DNA from: Ginglymostoma cirratum
Lineage: Eukaryota
DNA length: 64,000 nucleotides
Direction: 5' to 3'
Assembly: GCA_024137785.1 (NCBI GenBank)
Contig: JAHRHZ010000025.1
Coordinates: forward strand, 19,039,996 to 19,103,995
Shown here: piece after piece, positions 53,015-64,000 of the stretch
Position numbering within the stretch: position 1 is the stretch's first letter
Layout: each line of letters opens with the position of its first letter
Notes under the pieces: model-generated
The model's input: only the letters and a program-made list of their open reading frames with translations
Told to the model about the DNA's origin: nothing
Database searches by the model: none
Translations under genes and position numbers: made by a program

Positions 53015-53102
53015 AGATAACAAGCATGGGGCTGGATGAACACAGCAGGTCAAGCAGCATCATAGGAGCAGGAAAACTTGACGTTTCGGGCCTAAACCCT
53101 TC
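53015..53102 (-). mobile_element. Single young PLE family-A arm
   Basis: Reverse complement of 41117-41204; stops at acccttc inside the hammerhead motif. Confidence 0.9.
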
Positions 53103-53876
53103 TAACTGGTTCCGTTCCTCACTTAAAATGTTGCACTCCAGAGCTCTGCGTTCACCTTTGCTCTCAACTGTTCCCTGGCCATCAAATGCCCCAAACTCTC
53201 CATTATCTGGAGACATTGCTAATTGTTGCTTGCATGGCAAGGCCATATCAGGTGACCCCAATCAAACAGGTGTTCATGTGTACCAGGAATTACGAAAAGC
53301 ACGGCTACATGGGTTAAAAAGTATATTCCAGGAAATAATGAAAATACGTTTGAGATATTGGAGAGGCAAAATTGAAAGGTGGCCAGGAGGAGAAGTATAG
53401 AAAAGGTAAAGAAGAGTAAAGGCAAACAGGAGGATGGAGATGACAAAGGCTCGGAAATGAGAGGTTAAAATCAGCAAGCGGAAAGAACAAACTGAGTGAG
53501 TTTTGCAGGAATGTCAAAGGAGCTGACAGAAAATAAGATTTTGAAAATGATAGCACTGGGGGATGTCTTTCGGATGAGGAAAAGACTATTATGCAATTCT
53601 GCAATGTCACTGCTGAATAACAAACACTGCTGCATAGAAGGATTTACTTTTTTGGTAGCCATTGTTATTCTTCAGGGATTGTCAAGGAGTTATTATAGTG
53701 ACTAAAATGTATTCTTTAACTGGTGATTGCTACTTGCCGACAACTGGTGTCCCAGTAATTGCACTGCAAACATTTTAAAATCCAGATGAACTGCATCTGT
53801 GGAAATTGCATTAATTTGTTGGAACTTAATATGTAACTCTAGAAGTTGAGGCCTTGCAGAGTAACTATCTCAAATC

Positions 53877-54079
53877 GAGATAACAAGGTGTAGAGCTGGA
53901 TGAACACAGGCCAAGCAGCAGCATAGGAGCAGGAAAGGTTGATGTTTCGGGCCTAGACCCTTCATCCCGAAACGTCAAGCTTTCCTGCTCCTATGCTGCT
54001 GCTTGGCCTGCTGTGTTCATCCAGCTCCACATCTTGTTATCTCTGATTCTCCAGCATCTGCAGTACCTATTATCTCTCA
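53877..54079 (+). mobile_element. Complete ~200-bp fold-back PLE family-A mini-element
   Basis: 14-bp TSD aactatctcaaatc at 53863-53876 and 54080-54093; inverted arms; tail on the right. Confidence 0.92.
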
Positions 54080-54939
54080 AACTATCTCAAATCATTTGCT
54101 GCTGCAGAGAGAATGTGGGAATAAGTTTGTCGTCATTCTTTCACAGTTGAAGATGCAAGAGCTAATGTTATCAACATGTCCATCACTGACACTAAAGCTG
54201 TGCTATTATCACAGCCACACTTAGCTGCTCATCTTTTACAAATTCTTCATAGATTTGTTGCAAGTTTTTTTTAAAGTCTACAATGCCTGTATTGCCATTA
54301 TAGTTCTTACTCTGCAAACTCTGACCTCTGCTCTTATACAAAGTCCAGACACTTGGGTGAGCTGTTAGAATGTTCATGCTGACAATAGAAGGACTACTTG
54401 ATGACAGGTAGTATACTGTATTAAGGGATGGATGAAAGAGAAACACAATAGAGTGAAAGAAAAATATGTCGGCATAGTCGCTTCTTTGTTTCACTGGCAA
54501 CCTTTTTTATCCAACTTCCACCTTTCATAGATTAGACCCAGTCGATGTAAAGATGGAAAGAGTCTAATCTTGGAGCATTTAAGTTCAGACAGAGCAAATT
54601 TTAAACGTGCCGAGTAACACATGAATCTGAGTGAAGGCAGGTTGCATTTATCTCCTGAATTATTTGGATACTTTTCATCACTCAAGAATCTTCTAAGTTG
54701 TATTTGGAACAAAGATGAAACGTGGGGATGGAAGCTAATTGCTGGTGCTTGCAGATAAGAGTGCGAAGGTATAGGAACACAGCAGGCCAGGTAGCATCAG
54801 AGGAACAGGAAAGTTGATGTTTCGGTTGGACCCTTCTTTCAATAACACAAACTTGTCTCTTTAATGCGTCTTTTTAACTTAAGTATTCCATGGGTCTTCG
54901 CAGGAACTAGTTAAAGTTTACCTAGAGATAGTTGCTGAG

Positions 54940-55290
54940 GTAGTGAAAAGCTTAGTCAGAGGGAGTGTTTAAAGAGGTGCCTTAAGAGAGAGGATTAGGC
55001 AGAGACATGGTGTGCTTAAGGCCCAGGAGACTGAATGCATGGCCACTGGTGATGGGGCAATTAAAATCAGGGATTTTGAAGAGGCCAGAGTTAGAGGGCA
55101 ACAGATACAGTGGATGACTGTGCATCTAGGTGAGATTACAGATAGGAGGGTGCTGTGTAACAAAGGATTTTCAGATCGAGGATAAGAAATTGAGTTGTTA
55201 AAGTACAATTTGATAATTGGTTAGTGAGTACAGCGGTGATGTGTAAATGGGTTGTGGTGTACTTTAGGACACAGGCAGCCAAGTTTTGTA
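54940..55290 (-). mobile_element. L2-type LINE 3' fragment
   Basis: Similar to 12190-12440 and 18720-19080. Confidence 0.5.
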
Positions 55291-58200
55291 TGATGGCAAT
55301 TTTATGATTTTCCAAAGCCTATGCTCTGGAAGATGGTGTTTTAAGGTCTGTGTAATGTCAACTCCAGTCTGTCAGAATAGCTTCTTACTGTGCTTTGAAC
55401 TTCCTAAATGCCTCAATCATATTATCAACAGTCATTATCCTATTCTGTTTTTTCAAAAAGTTGTTCTTTCTGTTTATTTGTGCTAAATTTAATTTTTGCT
55501 AATTTGAAATTTTCTCCTCTGGCCCTCAGCACCTCTAAATGCAATTGTATAATATTTCCAGTGTTAGCCATTCATCCGATTTGCCAAGCATGTTTAACTT
55601 TTTGCTCTGCTGGGTAATACAGTGCTTGTATGTACTTGTATCCACAGACTGGTCCAAACCTGAAATTCCCCTGCTTGAATTACCTCCGCCTTCTCATTTG
55701 AAGTGAGATGGAGGGCTATCAAATGTGTGCATCACTTCTTTCTGCATTAGTCATTCTATGTACTCCAACTTGTTTGTGTTAATGCTCCCTGCGAGCTGCT
55801 TCCTGTCCTATTTCAGCCTCTAGCTTCCCCCTAAAGCACCTTTTTTTTGATATGTTGTTCAAGTAATCGCGGTGGTAGCAAGCTTATCATTCTAGCAACT
55901 CTGGTCAAGAGAATTTTTCCTTATTTCTCTACCGGATTTTTGTGAATATATCTCATTTCATGGCTCCTGGTTTGGGTCTACCCCATGACAGGATATACCT
56001 ATTCTATGTCTATCATGTTAATTAAAAGCAAAATACTTTGTATGTTGGAGTTCTGAATAATACTGGACTCAAAATATTTAACTCTGTTTCTCTTTGCTAA
56101 GATTTTTCACCACTTTCTATTTATGGCCTGTTAGAACCCTTTGATAATTAATTATAAAAGACCTCCACTAAGCTAGTAATCACTTTTTAGCCTATCTTTT
56201 TCTAGAAAAGAAGTCCCAACCTGCTCAGTCGTCTTGTGATAGGTGTACGTTTTTGCATCCAAGTCAACAGATGCTTTTCAGTACATTTGAGTATCTGACT
56301 GTAACAGGGTGGGGAGAGACCAAGGAGATTAAGTCTCCTTGTTTGGCTGGTGCAGGGAATCTTAGAGGGAATGAAGTTAAATAGAATATGGTTGGCAGTA
56401 TGACTTGCCTGTGATTAATTGCAGAAGTAATTATTGAACATCACTACTCGTGATTAGTTTTAGTGAAAGTCTGTAAAATGGTAAGTGGTAAAATGAATAG
56501 TTGCTGGCCTATGGGGCCATGTAATTGTGATGATAATTGTGCTGATATTCACAATGGTAATGCAAACTGTTTTGTTGTTGGGGTAAAATAGTTGGAGTTG
56601 CTCTGGAGTGAAAATACAGTGGTGCCTAGTGTTTTGGCATGAGATTGGAAATCTAGTTGCAAGTCAGGCCTGAACTGGGCAGCCTGAGTTGAACCAGAGC
56701 CCTTGTTTAAATAACATAGGTTCATTTCCAGAGGCTGCTCCTGAGGCTTTAAACTTTCGATTCCCTTGGCTCATTGGAAATGGTGCTTAGGGCGAAATGA
56801 GATTAGGAGAAAAGATCACGGCAGACCTGTTGATGATTCCTGAGTAATTGGGGTGGTTCAGGCTTGACCCATCTCACTTGCTACAAGCCTATTTTGGTGA
56901 AGGGACCGTAAAACAGATACTACCCCGTCTTTCAAAATGTAAAAGACTAGCATCTATTTTAGATGGTTGCCTGGAACTTCAGAACATTGATCTGACACAA
57001 TTTGGTCTCTTATTTGATTCCTTGGTGGTGGGAGGCAGGATGTTGGTCCTGAAAATTGCCTTGCTGCATCCAATAAAACTAGTATAACGAGATCGAATTT
57101 CTACTGTTGTGGATTTGAGGTTGGGTTGAATTGATTTCCAACAAATCAGGTATCCTTTGTGTTGGCATGAGTTGTGAAGTTTAAGTTGTAAGATTTTATT
57201 GTGTTTGTGAATACAAGCAGGTAACGTTTGAAATACTTTGTATTATAGGGATCTTGGGCTTTGTGCTCCCTTTTTTTATTGTTACCATGGTGTCTGTACT
57301 GCTGTGTCCTCATGTGCTTTTGATACAGTAAATCACTGTAGCAACGCCCTATGTCCAGTGTTTTCTCAGCTGACGAGACATCTGGCCATGCACTGTGCCT
57401 TACAGGGATGATCCCTTGTTTGTGTGCAGAGATGATTAGGTCACGTGTAAATGAATATGCTTTCAGAAACACTAGATATTAGTTGAATTCACACCATTTT
57501 TGTTCCAGGGTTAGGGGAAAGGGGTGATCAAGTGTGCAACCAGGTGCTAAACAAAGCATGGCTGCAGTTCAAAATTTGCAATGCACATTGATATCATCAA
57601 AACAAATACACGCTTCAGAAAATTTTACAATGCAATCACAAGTTTGATATTGCTTTGATAAAATGGTTTGAAGTTTTTATCCATTCCCACTACGGATGGT
57701 CAGGCCCATGCAAATTATTCTACAATTGAAATTTAGCAAAATACTAGAGCTTAGTCTTATGAGACTAGGTGATGTAATTGTGGCATTGAGATTTGATGGG
57801 GTAGATGCAGAAAAAAAGCAATAGATTTGCTTTCTGATCTGTACTTAACTAATCTCACTCTGGATAATGGTTTTGGTGGTACTACAATTTGATTCAATGT
57901 CTCCCTGGCCCCCTTGGCGGTGGGGTCAATCAGATCCAGTGCTGTTCAGCGAACAATAGTATGGACTGGGACAGGATAGGCAACAATGGATCATGTGGTG
58001 AATGACCTACACACTCACTCATCCTTGTTCATGTGAAGCCCTAACCCTAATTGTAACTCAAAGTTGTCTGGAGGATTGTACAACTTTACGAAGATCAGGG
58101 CATAATGGAGAAACTGATCAAAACTAAAAGATTTGAGGACTATATCTGAATTAATTGATTTTTTTTCCTGTAACGTTTTTTGAGACAAATGAAATAATTT

Positions 58201-59627
58201 GCAAGGAGAATATATGCAGTTCTGTTTTATAGAGAGCCATTACTTTGAGGACTGTCACAAATTTGAAACACTTTTTGAGGTTGCTCTTGCTGAATGTATA
58301 TGTTATGTTTTGGGACTAGTAAATGGTAAATTTGACATTAATCCTACCTCATTTGTACGCAATTTGCAAATATGGACTTTTTGCCTCTTGAAACCTTGAT
58401 GCATGTTCAAGTGCTTTGGTGTTTCACCCTTAGTGTTTTATGCAGCCCCTCAGAATAGGGCTGGGTATAAAAGCTGTTCCACCATTCCTAAAGCAATTGC
58501 AGTGAAAATGTTGAATGTGAAAATGAGAAATCTTGCAATAAACATTTAAACCTGGGTCTGTAGCAATTGTTATGTTTGTTTTACTACATTACTTAAAACT
58601 GCTGCCAATCCACTGGTATTACTGTGCCAAATCTTTTGTCTCTGACCAGAATGGATTAGTCTACGCTGATACCTTCCTGAATCAATTATCCAGGGATGCT
58701 TTATCATTATAATTTGAAGAGATTAACCTCCAGCATTCTAAACCATACACACACATTCATTAACCTATTACATCAATTTCATAAAATTCTAATAAAAATC
58801 TCCTGAGCCTTACAAAAGTACGCCCCTTCCTGACACTTGTGATTTTTGAACCAAATTCTTTCCCCCCAGAACACAAAAATCTCAAGGTGCCACTTAAATA
58901 ACAATGACAACTCATTTCGGATCAGCTAGATTGAAGTGTCTTCACTCATTGCATGATTGTTGGATTGTCAATGGACTCTGCATTAGCACAACTATGATAA
59001 GAACCATCTGTGTTGGTCAGAACAGCTCACTTAATTTCATTAGAGGGCTCAACTGAATTAAGAGGCAATTTTGAGTAGGCTTAAGGAGCTTGAGTATCTA
59101 TTAGCAAGGTTTGCATAAATAAGAATTTGAGAGAATGAACAATGTAAGTATATAAGGCTGACACCCTACATGTAGGGAGTGAAATCACTAAACATTAGTC
59201 GGTAGTTGAGGACCAAAACACTATCTTATTCATGAGTGCACTTATTTATTTCAATTTCCTTTCTCGGAGGTCTAAAAACAGCACTTTGAAACTTTCCAGC
59301 AGTAACTTTGAGTATAATTGTTTCAATATCTCTTTCTCTCTGCTACTTTTCTCCTCTTCTCTCTCCCTACCCCCACCCTCCCATTTTTTTCCCTTTCCTA
59401 CCATTGCCTTGATAGGTGATAAGTACATATGAGAATGAGGAGAAGGTGAGGAAATTGCCTTAAAAGTAAAATGTAATTTTTTTCCAATAATCTGCTAAAC
59501 TATAATAGGTGACCTTTGGATTTCTTGATGGTAGTGCATAAGGAAAGAAAATCTAAGTCCTAGCATATGTCGGAGAGCCTTAAGGTGACAGGAATTCACT
59601 GTTCACAAATGCATCAGTTTCCATATG

Positions 59628-59799
59628 AGACAACAGTGCGGAGCTGGAGCTCCATAGCAGGCCAGGCAGCATCAGAGGAGCAGGAAAGCTGACGTTTCGG
59701 GTCGGGAGCCTTCTGAAGAAGCATCAACTTTCCTGCTCCTCTGATGCTGCCTGGCCTGCTGTGTTATTTCTGACTCCAGCATCTGCAGATCTTGCTACC
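59628..59799 (+). mobile_element. Fold-back PLE family-A-related mini-element
   Basis: agcaggccaggcagcatcagaggagcaggaaag is inverted to ctttcctgctcctctgatgctgcctggcctgct. TSD tcagtttccatatg / tcagtttccgtgtg. Confidence 0.88.
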
Positions 59800-60542
59800 T
59801 CAGTTTCCGTGTGTATTGGTTGTGCCCATCTCTACTTCGTATAAGGAGAGCAAAACGGCACACAGTATTCACAGTATGATCTCACTACTGTCTTGTAGAA
59901 CTGAACCATAAACTGACTTTTGCATTCAATTCCTCTCAATAAAGGATAGTATTCTATGAAGTAACTTAATTACTTGCTGCACCTTCATACTAACATTTTG
60001 TGAACTATGCGCTAGGCCACCTGCATTTGGAATTCCTTGGTGATTCTCAATTAATTATGGCTTTGCTTTTTTTAAAAAAATTCTAACTGTCCAGGTGAAC
60101 AAGTTAACAATTTTCCATATTATATTCATCATCAGATTTCCACCCAATCAGTCAACTTATCCACAGTATAGCCATCTGTAACCTCTAACTTCCTTATGCC
60201 CCCTTCACAAGATATTTTACCTGTCTCTTGTGACATCTGCATTCATGTAAGTAACTGATTTTACTTAGTTAAAAGCTAAGACCCGAATCTGTAAACCTCT
60301 CCTAATTTTGAAGTACCTACCTCCTACCAGGATACCTAATGCCACAGCCGAAGACAATATGAAAATACACACAATTGAATGTTGCACAATAGGTTTTAGT
60401 TTGGTGTGCGATGCCAGCAAGAAAGTTGCCTTTCTTACCTCAAGAATCAAACAAAATGATTTGATCTTTGGTTTTCTAAGAACATGAGATGTGCAGTACT
60501 GAAGTAATCTAGCCTTGTTCTGGAGTTAGAAAATTTCAATTT

Positions 60543-61954
60543 ACTTTCAAATAAGCAGAAAATATTTTGGCAATTTGTGGAAAGGTGATACCGAAATGCA
60601 AAGTGAAACTTCTTTAAAAGAATAATGTGATTAGGCTTGGGCCTTCTGTGTTACGTGATATTTTCAAACTAAGGTCACAGAGTTGACAAACTAATACCTT
60701 GCTGTTTGCTTTGAAGTGGACTCTAGCATTCAGGTTATGTATAGGATCTAAACAAAAAGCCGAAGAACTGTGGATGCTGGAAAATAGAAATTGCTGGAGA
60801 AACTCAGCAGGTCTGGCAGTATCTGTGAAGAGAAAGCTGAGTTAACAGTTCAGGCCCACTGGTCCTTCGGTACCTTCATCCACAGATGTTGCTAGAGCTG
60901 CTGAGATTTCGGAGCAATTTTTCTGTTTCTGTAGAGAATCTATTTCAGTATAACTGTTTGCCAAGAATCTTGGAACGGTGAATCACTAAATACATCTCAA
61001 CATTTTTATATATCTTTTTGAAAATACCTTTTCTCCCCCCTGCCAAGTGCAAATAGCTTTATACTGCAAGAGCACATAGTTGACAAGTTAGAGCATATTC
61101 CCCTGCTGGTTTCACTATCAGTGAATGTGTATTGCATGCACTGAACTAAACTGCTACTTCTGCCATAAGGCATCCATGAAATGACCTGATTGAATGAAAT
61201 TGAAATTTGTGGGAATTAACTATTTACTTGTTTTAGCATTGTGGAATTTGATCAGAGACTTTTCTTTTCTGCTTAATGACCTGGCAGCTAGATGAATGAT
61301 TGACTTCTGTTATGTTAAATTTCTGTCCATATAAGTGTTTTATTATGTTTAAATATTGTTGTTTGTCAAGCAACACTTGACCCAACTGATTATGGGTCCA
61401 AGTAAGACAGCGGCTTTGACTTATTGTTTTATTAAAAGGTCATTTTTGGAATGTGGATGTTGCTGTATGGCCAGCATTTTTTTCTTTGGCTCCTCTCTAA
61501 CTGCCTTTGAGAAGCTGCTGGTGGTGATAGGCTTCAGTCTTGAATCACCATAGCCTCTTCGTAGGTGGACCCACCATCGCATTCGGGCTACCCAAGATTT
61601 TGACCCAGTGACAGTGAAGGAACAATGATAACATCCTGGCTTGGAAAGATGTAGTGTGAATTCGAGAGGAGCTTGTAAATGGTGGCATTCCCATGTATTT
61701 GTTGACTTTGTCCTTCTGGATGATGATGATTTGTGGGCTAGGAAGATGTTGTCTGGATCTTTGGTGAACTTCTGCTCCGTATCTTGTAGGTAGTATACAC
61801 TGCTGCTTTGAATGTGACCTTTACTTAGTTTGAAAATATCACGTAACACAGTAAGCCCAAGCCTAATCACATTATTCTTTTAAAGAAGTTTCACTTTGCA
61901 TTTCGGTATCACCTTTCCACAAATTGCCAAAATATTTTCTGCTTATTTGAAAGT
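60543..61954. repeat. Inverted duplication of ~137 bp: 60543-60679 vs 61813-61954
   Basis: Compared base by base: identical except 2 mismatches and one 5-nt indel. Confidence 0.97.
60750..60930. mobile_element. Fold-back PLE family-B mini-element
   Basis: agaaattgctggagaaactcagcagg / ctgctgagatttcggagcaattttt. Confidence 0.78.
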
Positions 61955-62010
61955 TTGTTTGCCACTTAAATAGCTAGCCCAGGTCTGTTTCTGGTCAACA
62001 GTGACCCTCA
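61430..62010 (-). mobile_element. Degenerate non-LTR retrotransposon 3' part (family of 39560), interrupted by the inverted duplication copy
   Basis: Parallels 44850-45190 before 61813 and 45620-45670 after 61954. Confidence 0.65.
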
Positions 62011-62850
62011 AGAGTCAACACAGTGTGGAGCTGGAGAAACACAGCTGGCCATGCAGCCTCAGGATCGTGGATGATTTTGGTCAGGACTGGGGAGGGGGAA
62101 GGGAGCTGGGATGGTGATAGGTGGATGCAGGTAGAGGTAGTGGGGATTGGTCAGTGGGAAGGATGGGGCAGATAGGTGGGAAAGAAAATGGACAGGTTGT
62201 ATCATGTCAAAGTGGGGGGAATGAGAGAAAGTGTTGGGCATGGGATGAGGCTAGGGATGGAGAGATTTTGAAACTAGTGAATTCTGTGTTCTGGGCTGTA
62301 GGCTCCCGAGGTGGAATATGAGGTATTGTTCCTCCAGTTTGCGTGTGGCATCATTGTGGTACTGGAGGAGGCCCGGGATGGATGTGTTGACCAAGGAGTA
62401 GGAGGGGGATTTGAAATGGTTAGCACCTGGAAGGTGTTGATTTATAGCGTACAAAGTGAAGATGCTCCAGGAATCTGTCGCCAAGCCTACACTTGGCCTC
62501 CCCGATTGTAGAGGAGGCCACATCCGGAGCAAGGGATACAGTAGACCAGGTTGAAGGATGTACAGATAAACCCCTGTTGCATATAGAAAGTTTGACTTGG
62601 GTGAGATGGAGGTGAGGGGGGAGGTGTAGGGGCAGGTGTAGCACCACCTGCGGTTGCAGGGAAAGGTGCTGGGTGTGGTGGGATTAGTGGGCAGTGTGGA
62701 GCAGATAAGGGAGATGTGGAGCGAACGGTCCCTACAAAAGGCAGATAGGGGTAGGGAGGGAAAAATTCTTGGGGTCAGATTGTAGGTGGTGGAGGATCAT
62801 GTGCTGGATGCAGAGTTTGGTGGGATGGTATGTGAGGACCAGGGGATGCT
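62011..62850 (-). mobile_element. Penelope-like element 3' part encoding a decayed GIY-YIG endonuclease
   Basis: Across frames: NLVYCIPCSGCGLLY, IGEAKCRLGDRFLEHL and ANHFKSPSYS...GLLQYHNDATRKLEEQYLIFHLGSLQP. Family-A-like pLTR piece at 62011-62062. Confidence 0.92.
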
Positions 62851-63077
62851 GGTGTCCTTACCATCATGAACTGTTGATATCTGCTGTAACTTGGAAATCT
62901 CAGCCTATCTTTACAATTTGGGAAGGTAGTTCGAGGGTTGTTACCCAAAAGAATACTTCAGCCTGGTGTTCTTGCCCTTTGTGACAGACAAAAGACAGGG
63001 AGTCAACTCAGAAGGGATTGTTTAATCAAAATCTATTTAACTCTTTAGATGCCAATACTCAATATAAAACATACACT

Positions 63078-63340
63078 CATAGAATCTTTTCAGTGTGGAG
63101 GCAGGTCATTCGGTCCATCGAGTCCACGCCAACCCTCAGCATCACACCCAGATTCTCTCCCTTACCCTATCCTTATAATGCTGCCTTGGACTGTGGGAAG
63201 GAAGCTGGAGCACCCAGAGGAAACTCACGTTGCACATTCTCTCCAGTGTCTAACTCCACACACAGTTGCCTGAGGATGGAATCGAAAGAGTCCCAGGCGT
63301 TGAGAGGCAGCAGTGCTAACCACTGAGCCACCATGCTGTC
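63078..63340 (-). mobile_element. HE1-like V-SINE
   Basis: Reverse complement reads gcatggtggctcagtggttagcactgctgcctctcaacgcctgggact...ttcgattcc (A and B boxes); CR1-like tail. Confidence 0.85.
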
Positions 63341-64000
63341 TTTGTAACACTTACTTCTTTCTTCATCTAACTTAAACTCACTTCACTTGACTTGACTTAA
63401 TTCACGTTAAACCTGAGCTTTAGCTTGAAACAAATACTACCCTGATTTGAGCGAAATGGCCAACTTCTGCTCTCGGCATAGATCTTGCCTCTTGGCTCTT
63501 TGTCTTCAAAGATAACTTCAAGGTATGTGCTTCTCAAATGTTGGTTTCTGCTGATTCCTGCAAAATCCTTTGTTAGTAACTTTTATCAAGTGTGCTCACT
63601 TTCCATAAGCTTCTCTCATACTTAGCCAATGAATTGATCAAACCTAATCACCAATGTTTTTGATCCCAGCCAATGGAGTTTACTGGTAAACAACTCTCAA
63701 ATGTTTATACCAAGTCATAAACAGTCACATGCCATGCTCCATATAAAGTCAGAGTGATGCCAGTATGTCTAGTAGACCACCGTGACATCTTGCTTATTTG
63801 GCCAACACAGAAAACTGCAGGTCACTGTTTACAGCACAAGTCACATGTTCTGGCTGCAGTTTTAAGAGGTTGGAGTTTAAACTAGCTTGACCAAAGTTCC
63901 CAGCGTGCTTGCTTGATTGTCGCTTTTAACAGTCTCCTGGCCATTTTTGCTGGCTATCTGACTGCAGGGTATTTGCAAATTCTGTAGCAAGACATTGAAT

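Noticed and set aside
41080-53400. Recurrent peptide MGLDEHSRSSSIIGAGKLDVSG in several ORFs
   Set aside because: Incidental translation of the non-coding PLE pLTR, not a gene family.
53877-54079. Classification of the hairpin elements as MITEs or pre-miRNAs
   Set aside because: The 14-15 bp TSDs, asymmetric tail, hammerhead motif and linkage to GIY-YIG remnants identify them as Penelope-derived.
57096-57114. aatttctactgttgtggat, an 18/19 match to the Cas12a crRNA repeat AATTTCTACTGTTGTAGAT
   Set aside because: Single copy with no array, spacers or cas genes, in vertebrate repeat-rich DNA. It overlaps a B-box-like gatcgaatt, so it is best read as coincidence.
58039-58050. CCCTAACCCTAA telomere-like repeat
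   Set aside because: Only two units; too short to call an interstitial telomere.
60543-61954. Interpretation as a 1.4-kb DNA transposon with 137-bp TIRs
   Set aside because: No convincing TSD, the interior is ordinary old repeats, and a LINE fragment continues across the right copy.

Overview
This is a eukaryotic, AT-rich, repeat-dense window. The repeat content (HE1-like V-SINEs, Deu-type SINEs, CR1/L2/Rex-Babar LINEs, Penelope-like elements) points to a cartilaginous fish, most likely a shark; this is inference. I recognise no host protein-coding exon, rRNA, tRNA gene or CRISPR array. The only clear host-gene signal is a CpG-rich promoter (~21.6-23.9 kb) with a probable uORF-rich non-coding first exon ending at a strong donor (CCG|GTAAGC, 22734/22735), so the rest of the window is probably one long intron. 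The most striking signal is a dense set of Penelope-like (PLE) fold-back mini-elements. They have 14-15 bp target-site duplications, a ~34-nt asymmetric tail and minimal hammerhead ribozyme cores (CTGATGA-A-GGG..CCC-GAAA-CG-TC). Two intact cores lie on the + strand at 41112 and 43233, and the inversion/truncation breakpoints cluster at the ribozyme motif. Also present: a decayed PIF/Harbinger transposase, a ~137-bp near-perfect inverted duplication of non-repeat-looking DNA (60.5/61.8 kb), a solo LTR with a nested hairpin, and two 400-N gaps, both inside PLE inverted repeats. Repeat boundaries and family names were called by eye and are approximate.
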